A stretch of 64,000 nt of DNA from Eledone cirrhosa (GCA_964016885.1 OZ024742.1:22196001-22260000); one strand, 5' to 3'; positions 28,825 through 42,824 are shown, numbered from the stretch's first letter. Numbers and translations: made by a program. Notes: generated from the sequence alone by a model not told the origin.

Positions 28825-29248
28825 TATATCTAACAAACCTGGACCTATATATATATATATATATACATGCATACGTATATATACTACGCATGTGTATATA
28901 TATTATACATATACAATCCTTATCACGTCCTCTTTGCATTTTGGTCTTTGTATTTATTATTACTATATATATATATATCTGCGTTCACAGATTGATTTTT
29001 TTTTGTTTCACAAGATCCCGTTAAGTGTGAAAGCAGCGATTCTTTGCTTAAACTTTAATCTGTTATTTTAATAAATATATAAAAATGTATATATCTATAT
29101 ATATATATATATATAGAAAGGAAGCAGCCATCCTTTGGATGTGCAATGTAAATGTGAGAAAATAGTAGAGTGTGGATTAACTGAGGAAAAACTGGGTCTA
29201 AAAGGAATCCGAAGTGGTGTACAAGGAAAAGATTGCATTGGTATGAAC

Positions 29249-31620
29249 ATTGCTAGGCTATGTGTCAAGGAAAACCGTGATATTGTTGGGGAGAAGTGTG
29301 TACTAAATGATGATGGCGTACTCGCCATCACTGACGCTGATAAGAAGGTCGCTTGGAGGTGTCACTACGAGAGGCTACTAAATGAGGAGAATAAATGGGA
29401 GAAGGATAGTCTCCCCCAGATCGATCCAATAGAGGGACCAGCAGTGTTAGTTGAAGGTAGTATAATAAGTAAGGCGATCAAAGATATGAAGACGGGTAAG
29501 GTGGCTGGGCCTTCGGAAATAGTTGCTGAGATGCTGAAGGCCTCTGGAACGGTGGGACACACCATGGTCACCCGGATAGTAAACCAAGTCATACAGAATG
29601 GGGTTGTTCCGAAGGACTGGCGTAGCAGCATCATCATTAACTGTTACAAGGGTAAAGGAGACGCCCTAGATAGGAGTAACTATAGAGGCATTAAATTAAT
29701 CGACCAGGTCATGAAGGTCACGGAAAAAGTAATAGTGCAACTAATCAGAGAGAGAATCGATCTAGATGAAATGCAGTTCGGGTTTGTGTCAGGCAAAAGT
29801 ACCACAGACACTCTTTTCCTTGTACGACAACTACAGGAGAAGTACCTAGCTAAAAGTAAACCCCTATACTTAGCCTTTGTCGACTTGGAGAAAGCCTTTG
29901 ACAGAGTCCCCCGTTCCATTATCTGGTGGGCTCTTAGAAAACTAGGTGTTCACGAATGGCTTGTGAGAGCTATACAAGCCATGTATAAAGAAACAGTGAG
30001 CAAGGTTAGAATTAACAACGAATATAGTGAAGAGTTTAGCGTAAAAGTTGGTGTCCATCAGGGCTCTCTTCTTAGCCCCCTACTATTCATTATTGCTCTT
30101 CAAGCTATAACAGAGGAGTTCAAGACCGGCTGCCCATGGGAACTCCTATACGCAGATGACCTAACGCTCATAGCTGAATCAATGGCCGAGCTAGAGAAGA
30201 AATTCCAAACATGGAAGCACGGCCTAGAATCAAAAGGCCTTAAAATTAACATGGCTAAGACTAAAGTTCTAGTTTGTAGGAAAGAAAATAAGGCGCCGGT
30301 CCCTTCCGGGAAATGGCCATGCTCAGTGTGTAGGAAAGGCGTAGGTAGAAACTCCATTTTATGTCCCAAATGCAAAGTATGGGTGCATAAAAGATGTAGT
30401 GGGATCACAGGTAAGCTAACTAAGAACACAGATTTTACATGTGGCCGGTGCTCTGGTGCAATAAGTAGCAGCAAGTGCCCACAAAATACTAGCTCTTTCA
30501 ACTGCGCAGAGGGTTCTATAGAAATATTGGACAGCTTCCGTTACCTGGGTGACAAAATCAGCAGTGGGGGAGGGTGCTCCGAAAGTACAGTAGCTAGAGT
30601 CAGAACGGGATGGAAAAAGTTCAGAGAGCTTATACCACTATTAGCTGCTAAAGGGTTCTCCCTAAAAGTGAAGGGCAGGTTGTATGATGCCTGCATACGA
30701 ACAGCAATGTTGCATGGCAGTGAGACCTGGGCATTGTGTGCAGAGGATATACACAGACTAGAGAGGAACGAAGCTTGCATGCTCCGCTGGATGTGTAATA
30801 GTAATATACGCGAACGGCAAAGCATAAACGAACTAAGGAAAAAATTAGAAATAAGAGGGATCAGATGTTGTTTACTCGAGAGAAGGCTACGTTAGTATGG
30901 TCACGTGATGCGCATGAAAGACGACAGCTGTATAACAAAGTGCAGGGCAATAAAGATAGATGGTAGCCACGCAGTAGGCAGACCCAGAAAAACCTGGGAC
31001 GAGCTGATAAATTCCGACCTCACACACTTACACCTCTCCAAGACAATGTCACTGGACCGAGACCTTTGGCGGTACTCAGTAACAGAGAAGACCCGCGTTA
31101 CCTAAATACAAAGTAAAACCTACTACAGTCAGTAGGCATCTCTAACAAAATACACCCCCGTCCCACCACCCCCACCCCATCCACACCGCCCCTTTCAATG
31201 TAAAGTTATGTTGGTGCCACAAAATCCAGGCCGAAACAAATGAGATTGTGTAGGTCTCACGAAAAAAAGACACACAGTCCACGCTGTAATGTGACCGTGT
31301 AGGCAACACGGTAAAAACGTCCCAGCCCCACACTGTAAATGTGGTTGGTGTTAGGAAGGGCATCCAGCTGTAGAAAACCTGCCAGACAGTCCACGCTGTA
31401 ATGTGGCCGTGTAGGCAACACGGTAAAAACCTCCCAGCCCCACACTGTAAATGTGGTTGGTGTTAGGAAGGGCATCCAACTGTAGAAAACCCGCCAGACA
31501 GTCCTATGCGAGCAAGACAACCACTCTTGTCTCAAGTGGGAAAACTCCCGTCCAAACCCATGCAAGCGTGGAACACGGACGTTAAACGATGATGATGATG
31601 ATGATGATGATGATGTGATG
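29249..31620 (+). mobile_element. 5'-truncated RTE LINE with long RT ORF
   Basis: ORF 29135-30895 with YADD and a PHD-like finger, premature TAG at 30893, 3'UTR with a 112-bp duplication, (GAT)n tail. Confidence 0.97.
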
Positions 31621-31993
31621 TGCATGAATCATGATCACTGGATGAAAAAGTGCCAGGCTGGCCAGGAGTATGGGGCAGACTGACTCTTAAGTGGTGGCAT
31701 GTGGAATAGATTTACTTGCAGAAGCAGGAGTAGGTTGACAGACACTAAGTTAAGTTACCAAATCATATTTGTGTTTATTGTTATGGTTTATTGAAATACA
31801 CCTGTTAGAGTGAGATCTAAAAGGAGATGAGTGAAGGGTGTTTGGATGAGAAGAGTGTGAATATAGTGGATAGGATAGATAAGAGGATAGAAGGGGTCTA
31901 TAGTAGATTAGGAAAAGACGATTTAACAGGGGCATATATGGTGCCCTGCTTCTAAGACTGACTCATTTTCGTAAATAGATGAAAGAAAGGAAG

Positions 31994-32195
31994 TATGAAG
32001 TTTCCAAAAAGACTAACTTCGGTAAATAGACATTGAGAGAGGAATTGGTAGATTAGAACAATTTGATATGAAGTTTCCAAAAAGACTGACTTTAATAAAT
32101 AGACAATTACAGAAGAATTGGTGAATTTATACAGTTTATTATGAATTTTCCAAAAATATTGACTAACTTTTGTAAATAGACAACAACAGAGGAAT
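31994..32195 (+). repeat. Tandem repeat, 73-bp unit, about x3
   Basis: TATGAA(G/T)TTTCCAAAAA at 31994, 32067 and 32140. Confidence 0.8.
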
Positions 32196-32785
32196 TAAAA
32201 TGGTACAACAACAAAAATCTAAAAATAAATATGTAAACATTGATCTGATATTTCTAGAATATCTCTCCAAAGCTGTCTTTTTCGACTTTCTGACACTGAA
32301 ATATAGAATAAGGTTGCACCCCTCCCCACCAAAATATATTATATAAAAATAAAACAAACAAACAAAAACACAACAAAAATTAAAAAAATAAGAAAAATTA
32401 AATGTAAGTAAACTATGGAATGAAGATTTCTATGAAAAAAACAACAAAAAATCTAGAATTTTGTTTATATGATTAATGAGGTTTTATATATGTTGTTATA
32501 TATATTTTTGCCAGAGGAAGCACATCTTTAGTTACTCTTGTGTGTTCAGATTGAAAGATTAGCTGGAAATTTTTGGAGATCTTTATCAAGCAGAAAAACC
32601 TGCACTTCTCTCCATTGTACCTAAAACTTGAGCTCTACCTTATCTATGGTAACATGTAGAAACCATTGGGATTTCTCCCCAACCATCAATGTTGCTCTTT
32701 TACTGATGTTTTCTAAATGAAATGAAAACTGCTTGTCTGAGTTATTTTTCAGAAATCATCATCGTCATCATCATTATCAGCACTG

Positions 32786-32838
<53 letters not shown>

Positions 32839-32889
32839 AGCAACAAAAGCAACAGCATCATCATTATCATCATCATCATCATCATCATT

Positions 32890-33556
32890 AGATGACCATG
32901 TCTTGCTTATACAAAACAGTTACTGGCTTGGTTTCTACAGCTGGATATTCTTCTTAACACCAACATAGCCACTTTTACAGTTTCGATTGAGTGCTTTTTG
33001 TCATGGCACCAACATGGCCACTTTACAGGGTGGACTGGGTGCTTTTTGTCTTATCACCAACATGACCACTTTACAGAGTGGACTAGGTGCTTTTTGTAAT
33101 GTCACCAACATGGCCACTTTTCAGGGTGGACTGAGTGTTTATTGTCATGTCACCAACATGGCCACTTTTTCAGTTTGGACTGAGTGCTTTTTGTCATGTT
33201 GTCAACATGACCACTTTACAGAGTGGACTGGGTGCTTTTTATCATATCACCAGCAAGGCCACTTTACAGAGTGGACTAGGTGCTTTTTATCATTTCACCA
33301 ACATGACCACTTAACAATGTGGACTGAGTACTTTTTCTTATGACACCAGCATGGCCACTTTACAGGGTGGACTGGGTGCTTTTTGTCATGTCACCAACCT
33401 GGCCACTTTATTGAGTGGATTGAGTGCTTTTTGTCATGTGACCAAAATGGCCACTTTACAGTTTGGACTGGGTGCTTTTTGTCATATACCAACATGGCCA
33501 CTTTACAGAGTGGACTGGGTGCTTTTTGTCATGCCGTCAACATGACCACTTAACAG
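32890..33556 (-). repeat. RTE 3'UTR-derived minisatellite, about 39-bp unit
   Basis: About 15 units of CCACTTTACAG.GTGGACTGGGTGCTTTTTGTCATGTCACCAACATG, adjoining an RTE 3' end and a (CAT)n tail. Confidence 0.85.
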
Positions 33557-35172
33557 GAGTGCTAAAATATCAGAATTTGGCAGTGGTGGTAGCAGTGGTG
33601 GTGGCAGTGGTGGTGAATGAGGTCTTGGTCATGGTGTTGGCAATGATGGCGGTGATGATGGCAATGATAATGCTCCAAAATTCTGTTCTACAGTTAGATT
33701 GAACCTAAGACCTCAATGTTTATAAATCAAACTGCAATATATAATATATTTCATGCTTCCATTAGCCATTTATCTAAGTTCCTTCCTCTCTCAGCCATCA
33801 TTAATATATGATAAAATTGATTTATATTCATCAGTAAATAAAATAAAAATTAGACTAATTGTTCTCATTGGGAATTACTAACAATCTTAATGATTTACTG
33901 TTATTTGGCCATTGCCTGCTTTCATGGAACTCTTTCAAATAGTCAGCATTATTATTTCACAATGTTATTTCTATGACATTCAGGTTTTATTTATCAATAA
34001 GCTATAGATGATATAATCTCCCATCATTAATTTATGCTGTCTAGTTGTCATCTCTCTCACAAAGTCTCTACAATGTTTATTGTTTCAGCTTCTGTACTAG
34101 AGCACTATAAAGATGGGTCTGCCTGTCTGATTGTCTGACTGTCTATCTGTCTGTCTGATTGCCTGTTTCACTGTCTATCAGTTTGTTTGTCTGTCAGTTT
34201 GTCTGTCTATAGTTGAGGGTTGTTCTATCTCCGGGGTATAAAACAACCCACTTATAACGCCTCTTCCCTATTGGGGATTTCGATTGTTGAATTTGTTTAA
34301 CAAATTTTTTTACATGATTGTATGTAAAATCCACGGCATATGTGCGTGTATTGTCCTCTTTTCTTGTGCACCCTTGTGGCAAATAAAGAAATCTATCTAT
34401 CTATCTATCCTACCTGTCCATCCATCCCGCCATCTAGCTGTACAAACCATTCATTCAACTCTCTAGCCATCCATCCATTCAGCTATCCCTCTATCTACCT
34501 ACACCTCCATACCTATCTATCAACCATATCTGTCCATCCACCCATCTCTCAATCAATCCAGTCATCTATTTATAGAGTGATAGATCCATTCATCTATCCA
34601 TATCTATCTATTAATCAATTGATTTATCCATCCACCCATCTCTCAATCTGTCTGTCTATGCATCCATTCATCCATCTATCTATCTCTCTGTCCATCTATC
34701 TGTCCATCTATCTAACTATCTATCTCTCTGTCCATCTACCTAACTATCCAACCATCTATCTATCTATCTGTCCTGCCATCTATCTTTCTACCCATCTATC
34801 CATCCATCCCTCCATCTACCCCTACTATGTATTTCTCCCGTCAACATCTACCCACTATCCTCAATCCAAGGGAACACAGCTAAATTTCCACAAATAAATC
34901 AAATAAATCAATTCTCTTACGATAATATCCACATTTTACTGTATGTTGTTATATCTATGTACAACTTGTCTTACATCAGATATGTCAAACCAATGATGAT
35001 GTATTAATATTCATAGAAAACCAACAAGTCAACAGTGAAATATTTCTGAATATGTTATTAGACATCTTTCAGATAACATCACCAGAAACAACAAGGGAAC
35101 CTTTATATTTTCACTTGATCTGCTAGAACTAACAACCAAATCAACCTCAAATCACACCCGGTATTATATATA

Positions 35173-35540
35173 TCATCATCACCATTTTACACCCATTCTT
35201 CCATGCTAGCATGAGTTAGATGGGTTGTCCTGTTGTGGGCAGTGCCCGGTTAGCTGACCTTGTCTTGCTCATACGGGAACTGATTTTGGCTCGATTTCTA
35301 CAGCTGAATGCTCTTTGTAACACCAACCTCATTTACAGTGAGTGCTGGGTGCTTTTTTTCCATGGCGCCTACACGACCACTTTACAGTGTGGGCTGGGTG
35401 CTTTTTTGCCATGGAATCCTCGACCACTTTGAGAGGTTCAATTGGGTAAGGTTGGCTTTTGTCACCTCATCCCAGGTCTTCTCCATGGCTTCCATCGACT
35501 TCTAGTGTTCTGCACCTTTTTATGCAGCTGTCATCCTTTA
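35173..35540 (-). mobile_element. RTE 3' end (subfamily of the 11800 copy)
   Basis: Colinear with 11812-12290, with an internal deletion. Confidence 0.85.
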
Positions 35541-35725
35541 TCTCTTTCTTATTTTCTCTCTCTCCCTTTCTATCTTTCTCTGAAAGAAATCTACTGTACT
35601 CAGGCCTGGAGAGGGATGGGCCCTGCCAGGCTTAAAATGCCCAAGAAATGCCGTAGGACAATATGGTGCCCCTACGACACTATCAGAACTTACAGGACCA
35701 TACCATCATTAACGAAACCAAAAGA

Positions 35726-35810
35726 CTGCTGAGCTATTAATTCCAGAGTTGGGCCTGATCAATACAGATCAAACCTTGAGCTGATCAATAGCGAAATGTG
35801 TGTCACACCT
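35726..35810 (+). ncRNA. Degenerate HHR, family B second copy
   Basis: CTGCTGA-GCTATT...AATAGC-GAAA-TGTGTG-TC. The stem II loop is homologous to 1389-1432. Confidence 0.6.
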
Positions 35811-35871
35811 GAATAAACTTAATGATGATAATCTGACACCTCGTTCCAACTTATTAAATATATATGATATG

Positions 35872-36057
35872 GTGGGTGGATTGGCAGTAGAGGTTCGGAC
35901 GCCATGCTTTGCAGCAAAGAGTTACGGCCCTTTACGGTCTGAGTTCAAATCCTGCCGAGGTTAACTTTGCCTTTCATCCTTACGGGGTTGATAAAATAAA
36001 GTACCAGTAATACACTGGGATAATTGCTGGCCTTGTGCCAAAAGTAGAAACAATTAT
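35872..36057 (+). mobile_element. tRNA-derived SINE family 2 (also 46395-46607; tail fragments 36145-36357)
   Basis: B box GAGTTCAAATCC followed by GCCGAGGTTAACTTTGCCTTTCATCC..GATAAAATAAAGTACCAG. Confidence 0.85.
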
Positions 36058-36539
36058 ACATATATGATATATAATATAATGAAAATTATTGTGTACAGTG
36101 CTCAGGTGCACTACAATTTATCAAAGGTGCAAGTATAGCATTGAAGTCGATATACTGGACTCCCTCCTCAACTTGCTGGCCTTGTCCCTAAAGTAGAAAC
36201 AATTATTAAGAAGGAAGTCTTGCAAAGATTGTCAACCTTGACTTTCATATTTCCAAAATTGATAAAATAGGTACCAGTAAAATACTGGTGTCAATATAAT
36301 ACAGTTCCCCTCCCCTACAATTGTTGGCCTTGTACCTATGATATAAACCATTATTAAGAAGGAAGTTGCTCTGACTACTAGAATAGAGAAACTGTATATA
36401 ACTACATATCAGCTATTGTTATAGTGTTTGTTGGTTGTTGGTGGAATCAAATTAGTTTGGCTATATCAGATGTCCTCTTTGGTAATCTCTGGTTCATTTT
36501 TTATTTCATTCTTGTCTGCATCCCTCTTTATACATACAT

Positions 36540-36625
<86 letters not shown>

Positions 36626-36680
36626 AATATAAATATATATATTTATATGAATAAATATAAATATACATATATACACATTT

Positions 36681-36724
<44 letters not shown>

Positions 36725-36832
36725 CACACATACACACATATTGATCATCATTTAATGTTTATTTTTCAAAGTTATATATATGTATATGTGTGTGTACACA
36801 CATCATCATCATTTTACATCCGCTTTTCCCTG

Positions 36833-36878
<46 letters not shown>

Positions 36879-36956
36879 TGTATATTGTTATAATTTGGGA
36901 GGGTCATGCTGCCAATAAAATAGAATATCTTGCAAAACAAATACTAAAACAAAGTT

Positions 36957-36988
<32 letters not shown>

Positions 36989-37049
36989 CACGCACATTTA
37001 TATATATATATTCAATGTTGATATTGATAAACATTCCTTTCTCACTTTC

Positions 37050-37084
<35 letters not shown>

Positions 37085-37212
37085 ATTAATATAAAAATAG
37101 TTTTATATTTTTTAAATTACAATCCAAACAAGAATATCTTCATCGATTAATTAGTAGCTACATTTTGGAAATGTAAAAATGTTGACCTTATCATTTTTTA
37201 ATTTATATATAA

Positions 37213-37720
37213 CTAGCTGATGTACCCAGCTTTGCCCGGGTAAACAGAGGATAAGAGAAGAGAGGTAGAAGAGGAAACGTCTGTATTGGATGTTTGTCTG
37301 GTTTACAGTATGAAGCAAGACATGGTGTGTGTGTGACCCCCCTCTCCCCCCAAAAAATCAGTAAAATATCTTCCAGATACACCAAATTCTTCGTTCTATC
37401 GTTCGTGCATAGTATATGAAGATTTCCAGGTGTTTCCACTCATGAACAACCTACATATAACAGGCCATAGGTAAAAAGCAATTATCTTGTTTTCAATCCT
37501 ACAACTTTGAAACTGGGCTTTATTTATGGTCTGATAGCCAAACTGTCTCTAACAGGGAACTGAAGTCTTGAGAATGGCAGCTCAGTAGAGCAACGGATTA
37601 GAGGAATCTTGGGAATAAATGCATTTTCTCTTTGATGAAGCCTCTAGGAGAAGGTTCATCTTCCGCTTGACTGTAAAGCATGTCCTATTGCATAGATGTG
37701 GCTGGTTCACATTTCTCAAA
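37213..37720 (-). mobile_element. Helitron 3' end with decayed PIF1-like helicase C-terminus
   Basis: Minus strand HLCNRT, TINKAQ, GLLYVGCS*V and TKNLVY motifs, then ACCCGGGCAAAGCTGGGT hairpin and CTAG|T. Confidence 0.8.
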
Positions 37721-38004
37721 ATGATGATGGAAGTGTCAATCTTTTATATCATATATAGATATAGATAATTATATATTGATATAGAAATAGATATATATAT
37801 AGAAGCAAAGAAAATTTCAATGATATGAAAGATTTCCTGGTGGAAGTTCAGGTGTACTCCGGACTGCTATCCAGTTTCGGGGTGAAAATCCAACGATGTG
37901 GTGAAGGTGTTGGACTTATGATAATAATGCCATGGGTTTGATTCCTGACTAGGTTGTATGTTGTGTTCTTGAACAAAACACCTCATTTCACGTTGGTCTA
38001 GTAT

Positions 38005-38312
38005 ATCATCATCATCATCATCATCGTTTAACGTCCATCTTCCATGCTTGCATGGGTTTGGACGGGAATTTTCCCACTTGAGGCAAGATTGGTTGTCTTG
38101 CTCATATACGACTGTCTGGCGGGTTTTCTATGGCTGGATGCCCTTCCTAACACCAACCACGTTTACAGTGTGGACTGGGAGGTTTTTACCGTGTTACCTA
38201 CACGGCCACATTACAGCGTGGACTGTGTGTTTTTTTGTCGTGACACCTACACACCCTCATTTGTTTCGGACTGGATGTTGTGGTACCAACATAACTTTAC
38301 ATCGAAAGGGGT
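38005..38312 (-). mobile_element. RTE 3'UTR fragment
   Basis: Matches 16750-17040 in reverse complement. Confidence 0.88.
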
Positions 38313-39468
38313 GTATACTCAGTATACTCAGCTGAAAATGAGTGCCAGCAATAGTTGGGGGTTTAACCCTGTAATGGACTGTCATCCTGTCCAGGGGGAA
38401 GTCTTGTACTCTCAGTCACTTACCACAATGGAAACTGAGATAAACACTGCCTAATGAACCTCCGAACTCGAGACTTTAGGCTTATTTTTATTTGTTCTGA
38501 CTCTCTGTGATCTGATTTCAAATCTCAGCAAGGTTAACTTTGTATTTCATATTTTCTGAGTTGACAAAGAATTAGTGTGAGGCTGGTGGTGGGGGTAGGC
38601 GGGGTCTCTGTGAGTTGTAATATTGATGATGGTGATGATAATGATGAAGATGCTGATGATGATGAAGATGATAAGAAGAACGAGGGGGTGAAGATAACAA
38701 TGTTGTTGATGATGATGACAATGATGATTATATTGATGATGATGATGATGATGGCGATGAAGGTACTGCTGCTGCTGATGATGAGGAGAATGCGGGGGGG
38801 GGGGGGGGTTGAAGATAATGATGATGATGGTGATGCTGCTGCTGCTGCAATAGAAGATGGTGATGCTGACAATGTTTCTGCTGCTGACGACGCTGCTGCT
38901 ACAGATGCTGCTGATGAGTGTGTACTGTAAAACTGGAATTATCCAGCTAATCTCCACATTTATGATGTTCAATTATTTCTAGCAGAAAGAGATTGAGGAA
39001 TATCTGAGGAGAGTGAAAATTATAGTGATTGTTTGGCTACTTATCTCTCTAAACTATTTAACAACACCTTACTGAGGTTTACCACATGGTATGTTGGTGA
39101 GAGAGAGAGAGAGAGAGGGGGGTGGAAGGTGGGAGAGAGAGAGAGAGAGAGACTGGAAGGTGGGGAGAGAGAGAGTGAGAGAGAGAGAAACTGGAAGGTG
39201 GGGAGAGAGAGAGAGAGAGATAGAGGGAGAGAAAGGAGAGAGAAAGGAGAGAGAGAAAGGAGAGAGAGAAAGGAGAGAGAGAAAGAGAGTGGGATAATAT
39301 ATATATATATATATATAATGAGGAAGAAAATCTAACTGACAGACAGATAGAAATAAAGAGATAGATTACTACATAGATACATATAGATAGTCAGATATAT
39401 ATATATATACATATATACATACATATATATACACATATATATATATATATACATATATATATACATAC

Positions 39469-39501
<33 letters not shown>

Positions 39502-39504
39502 CAA

Positions 39505-40184
39505 AGTATAACAAAGTGCAGGGCAATAAAGATAGACGGTAGCCACGGAGTAGGCAGACCCAGAAAAACATGGGACGAGCTGATAAATTCCGACCTCACA
39601 CGCTTACACCTCTCCAAGACAATGTCACTGGACCGAGACCTTTGGCGGTACTCAGTAATAGAGAAGACCCGCCTTACCTAAATACAAAGTAAAAACCTAC
39701 TACAGTCAGTAGGCACCTCTATCAAAACACACCCCCGTCCCACCACCTCCACCCCACCCACACCGCCCCTTTCAATGTAAAGTTATGTTGGTCCCACAAC
39801 ATCCAGGCCGAAACAAATGAGATCGTGTAGGTGTCACGACAAAAAACACACAGTCCACGCTGTAAATGTGGCCGTGTAGGCAACACGGTAAAAACCTCCC
39901 AGCCCCACACTGTAAATGTGGTTGGTGTTAGGAAGGGCATCCAGCTGTAGAAAACCCGCCAGACAGTCCACGCTGTAATGTGGCCGTGTAGGCAACACGG
40001 TAAAAACCTCCCAGCCCCACACTGTAAATGTGGTTGGTGTTAGGAAGGGCATCCAACTGTAGAAAACCCGCCAGACAGTCCTATGCGAGCAAGACAACCA
40101 CTCTTGCCTCAAGTGGGAAAACCCCCGTCCAAACCCATGCAAGCGTGGAACACGGACGCTAAACCTGATGATGATGATGATGAT
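39505..40184 (+). mobile_element. RTE 3' fragment with 113-bp UTR duplication
   Basis: Same duplication breakpoint (ACAGTCC) as the 29249 copy. Confidence 0.92.
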
Positions 40185-40204
40185 ACATACATATATACAT
40201 ACAT

Positions 40205-40759
40205 ATATGGTGGCTGCCAACTCGTTTTCGAGTACGACCACTAGTTTATATCCATATAGGAGAACCGCTACCGATGCGCTGAACGAGTGTGACTTTTCAG
40301 TCCAGCCAGCGACTTGAAAACTCTGTTACAAACACTACACTTGTGACAATTATTGACACATTGTGCTGGCCCCATGGTACCATGTGATGACAAGTGCAGA
40401 GAGATCTCCAGATATAAAGCAATGCCTGTGCCGTGAAGCTTTTATAGTGAGCAAAGGCACTGCACAAAGCCAGTCCCGCTCTCTTAACCAAGATGATATT
40501 TACCAAAAAGAAGAACAAGTCAACATCATTGGATACCATCAGGGTTGCAGGTGTTATATCAGAGTTTTCCTTCTCTTAGGATTCTGCCTTGACAAAGGTT
40601 TAGGGGTCATCTCTGGTCATTTTGGAAGGCCATTGACTCTTAAGAGCTCCTTTGCCCTTTGACAGGTTTTGTTTTTAGTCCTGCAGGATGTCCAAAGTCA
40701 CCCTCCTCACCAAGAAACCTTGGTGGGGTTGCCAGTTTAGTCGCCAACGACCCGACCCA
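40205..40759 (-). mobile_element. Probable LINE 5'UTR fragment with 3' half of an HDV-like ribozyme
   Basis: Minus strand starts TGGGTC-GG-GTCG-ttgg-CGAC-TAA-ACTGGC. GC-richer than the flanks. Confidence 0.4.
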
Positions 40760-40878
40760 TACATATATACATATACATACATATATACATACATATATAT
40801 ATACATACATTATATATATATATATATATATACATACATATATACATACATATATACATACATATACACATACATATA

Positions 40879-41233
40879 TGGAGGCACATGGAGGCACATG
40901 GCTTAGTGGTTAGAGCATTGGCCTTGCAATCGAAAGGTTGTGAGTTCAATTCTCAGACCGGGTGATGTGTTGTTTCCTTGAACAAGACACTTTATTTCAC
41001 ATTGCTCCAGTTTACTCAGCTGTAGAAATGAGATGATAGGACTAGGGTCCCTATCATTCCACTGCAAAGTGGTCGTGGAGGTGTCACGGTAAAAAAGCAC
41101 CCAGCACTCACTGTAAAGGAGGTGGGTGTTAGGAAGGGCATCCAGCTGTAGAAATCAAGCCAGAATCAGTTCCCGTCCCACCCTTGCAAGCAGGGAAAAA
41201 GCGGACGTAAAAATTAAATGGTGAAATGATGAT
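40879..41233 (+). mobile_element. tRNA-derived SINE with RTE tail
   Basis: Same family as 511-850. The first 10 bp (ATGGAGGCAC) are duplicated. Confidence 0.9.
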
Positions 41234-41737
41234 ATATATACATATATATATATACATATATATACATACATATATACATGCATACATGCATACATACATA
41301 CATACATACACACATTTATACACACATACACGCATACATACATACATACATGCATGCATGCATGCACGCACGCACACACACACACACGCACACATACATA
41401 CATACATACATACATGCATACACACATACATATATACATACATACATACACACATACATGCATCCATCCATCCATCCATACATAGATACATACATACATA
41501 CATACATAGATACATACATACATACATACATACATGCATATATAGATACATACATACATACATACATCCATATATAGATACATACATACATAGATACATA
41601 TATACATATATACATACAGCTAGATAGGTGGATAGATAAATATAGATAGATATATTAGACAGAGAGATAAATAGGCTGACATACTGATTGACTGATGGAC
41701 AGACATATAGATAGATAAACAAACAGACAGACATGTA

Positions 41738-42824
41738 TCATCATCATCATCATCATCAACGTTTAACGTCCGTGTTCCACGCTTGCATGGGTTTGGACGG
41801 GGGTAGTCCCACTTGAGGCAAGAGTGATTGTCTTGCTCGCATAGGACTGTCTGGCAGGTTTTCTACAGTTGGATGCCCTTCCTAACACCAACCACATTTA
41901 CAGTGTGGGTCTGGGAGGTTTTTACCGTGTTGCCTACACGGCCACATTACAGCGTGGACTGTGTGTTTTTTTGTCGTGACACCTACACGATCTCATTTGT
42001 TTCGGCCTCGATGGCGCGGCACCAACATAACTTTACATAGAACGGGGTGGTGTGGATGGGGTGGGGGTGGTGGGACGGGGTGTATTTTGTTAGAGATGCC
42101 TACTGGCTGGAGTAGGTTTTACTATATATTTAGGTAAGGCGGGTCTTCTCTGTTACTGAGTACCGCCAAAGGTCTCGGTCCAGTGACATTGTCTTGGAGA
42201 GGTGTAAGTGTGTGATGTCGGAGTTTATCAGCTCGTCCCAGGTTTTTCTAGGTCTGCCTATTCCGTGACTACCGTCTATCTTTATTGCCCTGCACTTTGT
42301 TATACAGCTATCGACTTTCATGCGCATCACGTGTCCATACCAACGTCGCCTTCTCTCGAGTAAACAACATCTGATCCCTCTTATCTCTAATTTTTTCCTT
42401 AGTTCGTTTATGCTTTGCCGTTCACGTATATTACTGTTACACATCCAGCGGAGCATGCAAGCTTCGTTCCTCTCTAGTCTGCGTATATCCTCTGCACACA
42501 ATGCCCAGGTCTCACTGCCATGCAGCATTGCTGTTCGTATGCAGGCATCGTACAACCTGCCTTTCATTTTTAGTGAGAACCCTTTAGCAGCTAATAGTGG
42601 TATAAGCTCTCTGAACTTTTTCCAACCAGTTCTGACTCTAGCTACAGTACTTTCAGAGCACCCTCCCCCACTGCTGATTTTATCGCCCAGGTAACGGAAG
42701 CTGTCCACTATTTCTATCGAACCCTCTGCGCAATTGAAAGAGCTAGTAGTTTGTGGGCACTTGCTGCTACTTATTGCACCAGAGCACCGGCCACATGTAA
42801 AATCTATGTTCTTAGTTAGCTTAC

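Noticed and set aside
40890-40960. tRNA gene candidates at SINE heads
   Set aside because: They have A/B boxes but no complete cloverleaf, and they continue into SINE body and RTE tail.
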